Of a stretch of 64,000 bases of DNA, positions 26,901-35,800 are shown piece after piece. The notes below the pieces were generated by a model. It saw only the letters and a list, made by a program, of their open reading frames with translations, did not search any database and was not told the origin of the DNA. The position numbers were made by a program, and so were the translations under genes. Every line of letters starts with the position of its first letter. Position 1 is the first letter of the stretch. Source of the DNA: Paragordius varius (taxonomy: Eukaryota; Animalia; Nematomorpha); the NCBI GenBank assembly GCA_964247055.1, contig OZ176050.1, positions 14,446,001 through 14,510,000 on the forward strand, read 5' to 3'.

Positions 26901-28081
26901 TGGGGGCTAATATACTCGGGTCTCCTTTAATAAATTTCAAAGGGGAGGACGAAACTGTGGCATTTTTTTGCGACATTGCCCCAGAAGCTAATGTGCCCAG
27001 GCTTTGACTTTGGACATTTTGTAAAGCTGATAGGGGTGATGATTTGTTAGAAGGCGTGAGTAAAATGGCATTTAAATTGCTGTTTGTATCTTTAGTTGTA
27101 ATAGTAGCCTATACAAAAAAAACTTTGTTTCATTAGGGTATTTTGGAAACGCGGGTATATCAATGATGAAGGGAATTTTTTAATTTGGCCTTACTTAATA
27201 AGCATGACAAGTGTACAAAGGATAAAATTGAGAAAAAAAATACTTAAATTACGAAATTAAGGGAAAACATTAATTAACAAAACAAAATTATTATATGATT
27301 ATTGTGTGGAGGCAAAATAAAAATAAATTATCGATTGTTAAAATTTTTCAACATATATAAAGAAGAATCGGTAGATATATATATATATATGTGTATCACA
27401 TTTTTTTCACAAGATATAAAAGACAAATCATGCGATAGTAATAAAAACCAAGCAAGTTTAAAATTCATGATATTCCATTCCAAAAATAACCACAATTTAT
27501 AATATGTTTTATGTTCATTTCGTGCCTCTATTTCCGATTTTAGAATGTGGATGTTAAAATTAAAAATCTACATAATACTACCATAACACTATTTTTAAGT
27601 ATATGGACACCTATTATCAACTTATTTATTGGTTTTTATCTAAATGAAATAATTCTATCAGTCAAAATGTCTGTATGTATGCTTAAAATTCATCAAAATT
27701 AATCTTACATTAGGCGTTCGGTAAGTCGGGCCAAACGAATTTGTGACATGGGCCAAAGGTCTAAGACCCGAATATAATTTAGATGTCGCGGTAGCTAACA
27801 TATCTTTGGTGGGGGTATCGATAGATTGATGATTATTATTGTTATTACCTTGAGTTGAGGTTGTTTTGGTGTTAAAAAGGTTGGGGGGAGGCAAATTTCT
27901 AAAGTATACAAATATATAAGAAATTTAAAATATACAGAAATACGTGATTGATTAAATTTTAATTTGCAGTGAAAAACATGTTGAAACAAGAAATTACACA
28001 CAATATGAAAAAATTAATCAATAAAGAGTATTATGCATATGCTAATTATTAAGTGACTAACCTGTTTGTCGCGGTACTCAT
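10991..28081 (-). CDS. PCK: Phosphoenolpyruvate carboxykinase (GTP-dependent), 12 coding exons, about 771 aa
   Basis: Exons in transcript order: 28081-28062, 27898-27709, 27108-26753, 24941-24754, 23946-23743, 22996-22883, 19762-19645, 18101-17887, 16465-16234, 14466-14264, 12942-12720, 11243-10991. All junctions are GT-AG and phase-compatible (2316 nt). Hallmark motifs are intact: [125 protein letters not shown]. The two 5'-most exons are less certain than the catalytic core. Confidence 0.97.
12991..13070. repeat. Perfect 26-bp inverted repeat with a 28-bp spacer
   Basis: ATTACTACAAGTAATCTTTGTCAAAC (12991-13016) and GTTTGACAAAGATTACTTGTAGTAAT (13045-13070). Confidence 0.95.
13783..13960 (+). 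mobile_element. Possible tRNA-derived SINE (Pol III A/B boxes) in a PCK intron
   Basis: A-box-like TGATATAGTAGG (13790-13801), B-box GAGTTCGAACCCC (13823-13835), GC-richer body and A-rich tail. No convincing cloverleaf; only one copy in the window. Confidence 0.4.
14509..14820. repeat. 21-bp minisatellite (TTCAAATTCACCCTTGAACAA)n from an expanded family-B MITE arm
   Basis: At least 10 near-perfect units. It explains four spurious overlapping ORFs in the track. Confidence 0.95.
16731..17935. repeat. Degenerate tandem array of roughly 200-bp units containing copies of the 3' end and donor of PCK exon 18101-17887
   Basis: ACCTGGAGCAACTCCAAAAAATCCAC..CAGGATTTATGGCATGTAA recurs at about 16738, 17145, 17337, 17528 (partial) and 17665, and in the true exon at 17885. 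Confidence 0.9.
18061..18790. repeat. Degenerate tandem array containing copies of the acceptor and first roughly 40 nt of PCK exon 18101-17887
   Basis: (CGG)CCGTATAATAAAACTTTTC...TTTTTACTAAA recurs at about 18215, 18380 (partial), 18550 and 18738. Confidence 0.85.
19430..19700. repeat. Two-unit tandem duplication (about 140 bp) covering the 3' half and donor of PCK exon 19762-19645
   Basis: 19430-19560 aligns with 19570-19700. Confidence 0.92.
19800..20600. repeat. About five degenerate tandem units of roughly 145 bp, partly derived from MITE family A
   Basis: ATCTAAATTGGTAACATTGTT(T/C)TCAAATATAT recurs at about 19888, 20035, 20183, 20322 and 20471. Confidence 0.85.
21067..22544. mobile_element. 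1.48-kb foldback element with inverted arms of about 450-500 bp carrying 21-bp repeats (TTTTCCCAGTCAATCGAAACG)n
   Basis: Termini CCATTTCCCAGTCTAAATAAACG and CGTTTATTTAGACTGGGAAATGG with TATA flanks. Arm homology extends to about 21510 and 22045. A hAT-like MITE sits in the centre. Confidence 0.9.
23287..23490. mobile_element. MITE family E
   Basis: TIRs AGTATGAG...GAAAGTTATTAATT and AATTAATAACTTTC...CTCATACT. A second copy at about 20895-21066 plus 22545-22560 is split by the foldback insertion. Confidence 0.7.
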
Positions 28082-28644
28082 GATTAAATTGAATGGCACA
28101 AAAAATTTTTGAATTTAAATTACAGAGAAAATTATTGGAAGTAGAAAAAAATTGCGAATTATATTGAAGTTTCGTTTTCGATTTTCAGATAAAGTAAATA
28201 AAATTGTATTTGGCAAGCGACGTGTTATTACATCATATCGTGTTTATATCAAAGGCAAAAAATTTATATTGAATGATATAAACACACACCCCTATTATTT
28301 TTTTTAAGGGAGAATAATAAAAAATCAACAAAAGTCAATACTACCACATACAAAGAGGGTGAAAGTAAACGAGGCTATTTAAACAATTTGGGCCAAATAT
28401 TTATTGAACATATTTATAAAGGTTTGTTTTTTTGAAATGAAACAAAAAATCAAACGCTTAAAGAGTAAAATTAGACAAAAAAATAGAAAAATTAATATTT
28501 TACCGGTAGATCTATCTGAATACCATAGAATTTAGCTGATATTGATTTTGAGTAACGTGAAAATAATTTTTATATATCATATGTTATAATCTACGTATGA
28601 AATATTTATGTAACGACGCCGTGTTTTTCATAAGGTATGTGTGA
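28082..28644. promoter_or_regulatory. Probable bidirectional promoter between PCK (minus) and PTS/ALKBH4 (plus)
   Basis: The start codons are head-to-head and only 563 bp apart. No TSS data, so this is inferred from geometry. Confidence 0.55.
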
Positions 28645-29094
28645 ATGTCCCAAGGCCACTCCGAATACATTATTGATTCGAATCCACTCATTTATTTAAC
28701 CAGAAAGGAATCTTTCAGTTCTGCCCATAAATTATTTGATCCCAATTTGTCTGCGGATGAAAATTGCGATATATATTCGAAATGTGTCGAGACTCATGGA
28801 CATAATTATATCGTTGAAGTTACTGTCAGGGGGCCCCTTTTACCAAATAAACATGGTATGCTGATAGATCTTCAATTACTTAAACATTTAATCCATAAAC
28901 ATATTATATCCTTGTTTGATCACAAATATATTGATAACACCCTACTGAACAACAAAGTAAGTACTATGGAAAATATTGTGGTTTATATGTGGAAACAACT
29001 GGCTGATAAATTTGAATATCCCATTCAACTCCATAAAATTACATTGCATGAAACACCAAATCACTATGTCGAATATTTTGGAGAAAAAATCTAA
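28645..29094 (+). CDS. PTS: 6-pyruvoyl-tetrahydropterin synthase (PTPS), intronless, 149 aa
   Basis: Matches the PTPS pattern: FSSAHKL (Zn His), KC (catalytic Cys), HGHNY (Zn His pair), GMLIDL, LFDHKYID, STMENIVVYMW, LHETPNHYVEY. Confidence 0.95.
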   Translation: MSQGHSEYIIDSNPLIYLTRKESFSSAHKLFDPNLSADENCDIYSKCVETHGHNYIVEVTVRGPLLPNKHGMLIDLQLLKHLIHKHIISLFDHKYIDNTLLNNKVSTMENIVVYMWKQLADKFEYPIQLHKITLHETPNHYVEYFGEKI

Positions 29095-29128
29095 GCACCT
29101 AATACTGCATAATATAAATCATTTGTTT

Positions 29129-30097
29129 ATGAAAAAAATGACGGATTGTTCTTGCAAAGGCATTCGTAAATGTAAAATATGTTCACCCGATTTTTTCGCC
29201 AACTATTCAAATTATGGCCATAAGCCCGATACTGTCAAATATTTCTATTTTTGCGTGGAATGTGGGAATAAAGCATGGGAAGAAAGGAGTATTACATCAT
29301 TAAACGATTTATTTTACTGTCCATATCATTCAAACACGGCTAAAAAACTGCAACCTTATTTAGTAGATCCAGAGTCAATCGAAATATCAGAAATCAATTT
29401 ATTCCCAAATTTCATAAGTATGGAGGAAGAAAAAATATTGGTTGATGCTATCGATTCATGTCCTTGGGCAGGATCTCAATCTGGACGCCGGAAACAAGAT
29501 TTTGGCCCACTGATAAATTTTAAGAAACGAAAAATTCGTTGGACTTTTCCACAAAACGATTCATATAATGAGTGCGTACAAAAAACACTTGAACGATTTC
29601 CAGCTTACCAATTGGTTACTGACATATTAGCTAAAATTCCCTTGCTTAAAAAGTTTACTGTACAATATTCATCTGATGATATGGGTGCTTCCAACCCTAC
29701 AATATTTCCTTACCCATTTTTCCCGGTTGAATTATGTAATCTGGAGTATATGCCTGCACGAGCTTCCCATATAGAACCTCATTTAGATGATGTTTGGGCT
29801 TGGGGTCCACGCCTCATTACATTTAATCTCTTATCCCCTACGGTTCTTAGTTTAAGTAGCGTTCAGCAAAACCCTAAAATTGGTGTTAAAGACTCAAAAG
29901 TCATTTTAATCCCTGTGCCAGCCAGATCCGTTTTGATTCTATCCCATGAGGCCAGGTATAAATGGCTGCATGGGATTGAACCAAAACATATATGCGATCG
30001 GCGAATAGCGATAACGTTGAGAGAGTTTACACTTGAGCTTTTAAAAACTTTTGAATTTGTCAATTTGAACAATGGTAAATGGGGTCAAGTCATATAA
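29129..30097 (+). CDS. ALKBH4: AlkB homolog 4-like Fe(II)/2-oxoglutarate dioxygenase, intronless, about 322 aa
   Basis: N-terminal CSCKGIRKCKIC, QSGRRKQDFGP, HIEPHLDDVWAWGPRL (HxD), RYKWLHGI (distal His) and RRIAITLRE (2OG-binding Arg). The start is placed at ATG 29129 (alternative 29138). The ORF-track start at 28976 is a TTG inside PTS. Confidence 0.93.
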   Translation: MKKMTDCSCKGIRKCKICSPDFFANYSNYGHKPDTVKYFYFCVECGNKAWEERSITSLNDLFYCPYHSNTAKKLQPYLVDPESIEISEINLFPNFISMEEEKILVDAIDSCPWAGSQSGRRKQDFGPLINFKKRKIRWTFPQNDSYNECVQKTLERFPAYQLVTDILAKIPLLKKFTVQYSSDDMGASNPTIFPYPFFPVELCNLEYMPARASHIEPHLDDVWAWGPRLITFNLLSPTVLSLSSVQQNPKIGVKDSKVILIPVPARSVLILSHEARYKWLHGIEPKHICDRRIAITLREFTLELLKTFEFVNLNNGKWGQVI

Positions 30098-32401
30098 TTG
30101 ATGATAGAGCATATACTGAATATTATAAACAATTATTAATATTATGGTTAAAAGGCTTTATATAAAATTTTTAATGTATATATTTTTACTTTACCTATGT
30201 AATATTAGCTATGTACATTTTTACCCATATTTATATATTCCTTTGTATACACCAATGCCTTTAAATGCACCACACGCTCATCAATTACAGTCAGTCGCCA
30301 TAAATTGTATTTTATATTAGATATTTAAATAAATTTTAATGGGAAAAGTTGTAGAGAGTTTAATTAAAATTGGTTAATTGCTAAATATTGAGGTTAGAAA
30401 AAAATTTAACCACTTTAACGGTCAAATTTATCACACATCATGATTTGTCTGACCATTTTAAGATCTGGAGAATAGTATCAATATTTTTCGCCGTTAATGC
30501 AAGGCTAGAAATATATCATATCTATGCCGTGACTAAAGAAGGTGATAGCCATGCTATGCTGTGTTTTTAATGCCAATCCACATTATAAATTTAATAGCTA
30601 AGGTTAAAAGGTATTACTAATTTAATACATTTAAATTCATTTATATCCGATGGATGTTATTAAATATTTTCATCATGTATATCTATTATACAATCGTACG
30701 TTTTTAATCGATAATGACCGTTTATTTCCTTCTGAAATTAAGAGATAACAAAAGATGAGATTATATATATTGTTTATTTTGGCAATATTTTATAAGGGTA
30801 AAAACTTTACCAATCTATTATTAAAAAACACTTCGCTTGCTCTTGATACCAATTAAATCAAAAATTTTCATAGGTTAAAAAGTGGTAATTTGTTATGAAG
30901 GTTGTACCTTAAAATAGATTTGATATTAAGAAAAAACCAGTCTGGCTGCTCAGAAATGCAGCCATAACAAATCGAATTTATATATACAAATTTAAATAAA
31001 CAGTTTTAACAAATTAATAAGATTATTCGATGGCAAGAAATGATATTCATTAATATAATATAATCAAACTCACGCGTGCCCATTAAGGATAACAATTAGA
31101 TCGACACTGAGGCACCGTGTTTTACATACTTTATATATGGTAATTACTGTATATTAATTTTTGATAAGGGAATCAATTTCAATTTTTCCATTAATATCTT
31201 TATTTATTTATTATCATGTGCTAGACAAATGTTTAAAATTTGACTGTTTATATTTACAAGTGGTCATAAACACCGTCAAAAAGGCATACAAAATTGTATT
31301 TTTAATCGATTAAACCTTGCTTTTATAACTTAAAACGAGTGCAATTGAAATCTTAATTTAGGTGGTAAATCACAACTGATCATATAATTGGGCAAACAAA
31401 CAAGTTAGCCCAAATGTTGTACCAATTTAGTAGAAAGATTCTATAAAAATAAAAATACTAGCTTTTATTTTGTCCGATCAAATTAAAAATAATACGTTAT
31501 TTACAAACCATGAAATAACATTGCTTATAAACCGATTTGCTTTTGTGTAGACATTGTAAACAATGAACTAAAAACTTAAAAATAGCGGGTACGGACGCAG
31601 TCCTGTCGGGTATAATTAATATATATTCCTATTCATATTTTTCCAAAAATTAATGTAAATTTGGTGCCATGATATGAAATTAACAAATTCCAAAGGCCAA
31701 AGCCTGAGAAGCGCTTGCTTCGAATGATTAGCCTTTAAATAAACTTTTAAATCCGCTCTAAACGTGAATCTTTTTATTGTAAACGACTGGATTGCCAAAA
31801 TTAATAGATTTCTCTGGATATACATTGATCCAAGCATTGTTAATATTTTAATAATTTTGTTTTGTAATGTAATTGGTGGCGTAATTAAGCTTAAGTATGA
31901 ATTTATACTATCTGATTAAACATTCTTATAAACGTTTTAAAACAGAGGTACCCAACTTAAAATTTTCAACAAACCTGCGAATAGAGACATAAGATCTAAA
32001 CTAATAAATAATTAAGGATTAAATTTTAATCCTTTAATGAACAATCAATGGCGGAGAAGATATAATTTTTCTGAGCAAATTAAAACATGAAAATTTAACA
32101 AACATTTTCTATTTGAAAGGTATTTTTAATATAAAATTTTACCAAGATTTTTTTTATTATATATTTGGAATTTATCTGGTATATTAAAAATTTTTCGCGG
32201 GTAGCTAAGAATAATGTTCTGGAAGCCCGCGTGTTGGACCATCTAATTATAACTATAGTAAAAAATATCATATAATATTTATTGATTTGATAAATTATAT
32301 TGTGTGCATGATTTGTCAAAATGTTTTGGACAATTTAATACTATCCAATGATTTATTCAGTATATATTATATCAGTTACAATGATTTTATCAGTATATAT
32401 A

Positions 32402-32655
32402 CCATTTACATTTCAAACTTACCCTCGAACAATTCAAATTTACCCTTGAACAATTCAAATTCTTAAACACTTTGAATTCACCCTAAAAATATATAAATTA
32501 GGGAATATAATCATTATGGCATAGTTTATTATTTTTTCAGTATTATATTAATTTCAAACGTTATTTTATTTTATAAAAATATAGGTATTAAAAAACACAT
32601 AATTTATTTTAGGGTGAATTTGAAATGGTAAAGGGTGAATTTGAACTGTAAATGG
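32402..32655. mobile_element. MITE family B (TATA-CCATTTACA...TGTAAATGG-TATA) with 21-bp subterminal repeats
   Basis: Clear TIRs. Further copies at 11299/11486-11783, 14499-15065, about 18975-19230, 26076-26317, 35942-36220, 37192-37450 and about 63525-63967. Confidence 0.85.
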
Positions 32656-32809
32656 TATATTATATCAGTTACATTGAATTTGCGTAAGCATATATTACAT
32701 ATCTAAAATTAGACATTTGAGATTTTAGTAAATTGCACTCTTATAAATTATTATCGAATGGTTCACGAGATTCATTAGGAAACATATCAAAAATAAAATG
32801 TCATTATTT

Positions 32810-35800
32810 TTAGGAATTCATCCCTGAGGGATAACAATTAACACATGGTTGAGGAGGCTGGCCAGCTAAATAGCATCTGTTACATTTCTAATATAAATAA
32901 AAGATTCGAATTTATAACTTTTAAAATTAACAAAAAAACTTAAATAGGTTTAGACACATATTTTTTTGAAAAACACATGTTAAAATATATTATTTATAAT
33001 AATTAATAATTTTGTAACAATGTTTTTCAAGGTTTTATCCAAATATGATGGGTTTTATAACCAATTTCAATTTGCTTAAAACAACAACAAAGTTTCTTAC
33101 GTAACAATGTTGATAAAAACTGTTTGTACACCGTTTGCAAACCGTACAATGATTTCTGGGATTCATATCTTCATCAAAAATGACGCCTAAGCACCAAGAA
33201 TACCTATATTTTAACAAAAATACATCTTGTCTTTAGATTCTCAAAAAAATTTTTTAACGGTTAATAAAAATCATGCAAGCACAAATATTTATGTTTTAAA
33301 AAAAATGACACCTGAAAGTAATCAAGCAAGACGGGTTAGGACATGCAATTAAACCTGGAATACAGTTTTTAAGTTGTGTGACAAAATTACAGCATGACAA
33401 TTTGACGGGCATATTCAGATGGGCTTTTAAATCTTTTATCTAATGGTCATAAATAAATTTTTAATGATGGCGTACTTTTTTACAGCAAAAAAGCTGAAAG
33501 ATATATATACATGCATTGTAAAAGATAAGCATGTATATAGTGTAGAAATTAAAATTATACAGGTAAAATGTAAAATCTAAGACAAGGAAGTCCAACACAA
33601 ATGACTTTGCGCGTTGGGTTATATTAATTTTTTTGCGTTTTTTTTTATTTACAGGTCAATTTCGAATGGTATATTTTGTAAATAATGGTAAATTTGGATA
33701 GATATCATCCACAATTTTTATTTTCTCAATTTTTAGAGTACTTTTGCGCACCAAACAAAGCATGTCGGACATCCCTGTGATCTTGAAGCAAAAATTTTGA
33801 AAAGGCAACCACACTTTTCATAACTAATATTTCATCTTAATTTAGTGTCTTTAGACCATTTATATAATTTTACATAATACTAATTTACATTTCTTTCCCT
33901 ATTTAGCATATCCCATAAGATATATTTAAAGACACACCAAACGTTTAATTAAATATGGTGGTGATTTTCAAAAAATATAATACATTTGTCTTTTAGTTTT
34001 TTACCTTTTGTCTGTCTATAATTTCAATTTTTATATCGTATACTTGATAAATATTGTGCATAAGACAAATATCTGTTTTGGCAGCTCGACACTTTTCAGT
34101 CAACGTAGAGTATTTGGGGGCGGAGTTAATGTATTTAGCCGTCGTATGTTGTTGTTCTATGGCTTCAAACATTTCTGATTGGGGAAACTCCACCTCCTAA
34201 ATATATTTAAGCAAAAATTTATTAAAACTTAAAAATTATAATTGACTCCGAATTCTAACTGTGATCTGCACTATGAGTATCGTCGTATTATTACGATTGC
34301 GCCCATGCTTTTTTTATTTTAACACAATTTATTTTAAAATGTATTTCCTTACTGTTTAAACATAAAATTTAAGTCAAGGGTAAAAAGTAGGTAAGATAGT
34401 AAATTACATCGTTGATTGGATTCGTTAACGCAGATCCAAATTCAAAGGAGTCTTCAAACGGGGCCATAGGGGAACATGGGCTATCCAGTAAACTGTTTAG
34501 GATTCCGGTATTCATGTGAGAGTTCTGAGACGAATGTCTTAATAATTTATCACAATTATTCGCACTTATTAAACTATTATTATTTTTATTCGATATTGTG
34601 GGATTAGGTTGGATAGTCAACTTATTTTTTGTGCCTTCTGACCCCAAACATATGACTTGAGAGGATGTCATTTCCTTCTGCAGTTCATTGAGGGGATTAT
34701 GACAATCTATGCAATAGCAATACCGATCCTTGGAATCATCACTTGGCTGATCGGAATCACTAAAAATATAAAATTTGTTCAAATCAAACTATAAGTGTAT
34801 ATTTAAACGGTTAAAAAATGTTTAAGTGTTTTTTCCATTTTTTTACGTCCATTTATTAATAACCTAGTATAGGGGTAATGATTTATAAACAACTATATAA
34901 TCCAAAATCTTCATTTTATTTTTACTAAAGTGAGAAAAAAGTTATTTCCACTCTCACCTTTGAAACCAGGCATCATTGGCATCAACATTCAAGGAATCGT
35001 TTATTCCTTCGTTGGGCAAATTACCATTTTCAGTGGGGGGCAATCGACAAGCATTCCCAAGCTTAATGCAGACACACCGTAAAGTTTTACAACCGCTCGT
35101 GCATTTGCAATGATCTTTTGTGAAACGATATGCCACGGCCTCTAATCGTTTCCGTTTAGCACTCAAAAACTCTTCAAAACTCGGTGTGCCATTGTTAGTG
35201 TTTATGGGATTATTATTAGGGGTAGTGATTTTAGTTTTCTTATCTTTTAACAACTGATTAGGGACAACATTTTTCGGCATATTACAGTTTTTATTGGCCT
35301 GTGTTTCCATATTTTCTTGATGAATAATTAAGGATGCCTTTGACGAGTCATAATCGTAAACTTCGGAGGCCGCAAACTCGTTCGATGTCTCATAGATGTG
35401 ACAATTATTTATTAGGCTTGTTGTTACATAGTTATTATAAACATTTTGATTTGTTTCAAAAAGATTGGCATCATTGATATAATTTGCAGTTTGTGTGTAA
35501 TTATTTAGCCCGTGATAAGCTTCAACATTGTTTTCATACAGATTGTAATTTATTTCAGTTCTCCCATCCTCACAGTTATAGTTTTCATATTCTGTGTATG
35601 AGATTGAGGGTGGATTTAAACTATGCATCTAATAAAAAATATTCAGCGTTTTTATTTATAAATCATATTTAAAATCTAAGTTCTCATTACAAAACTATAT
35701 GTTTTTCAATATTGCGCTATAAATTTTATTTAACACGCTTTAACTTTATGCTTTCAGATAGAGCAATCGCATGTTTTTAAGATAAAATGAACTAAGCAGC

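Noticed and set aside
28957-28962. GTAAGT consensus donor inside PTS
   Set aside because: It lies in the conserved KVSTMEN motif, and splicing here would destroy the protein.
28976-29128. ORF-track N-terminal extension of ALKBH4 (373 aa)
   Set aside because: Starts at TTG inside the PTS coding sequence and has no ALKBH4 similarity; used only as evidence in the fusion hypothesis.
33670-33790. Protein-like frame ITGMSDMLCLVRK... after an AG
   Set aside because: It ends in a stop, and the flanking exons already join into a continuous Cys-motif pattern.
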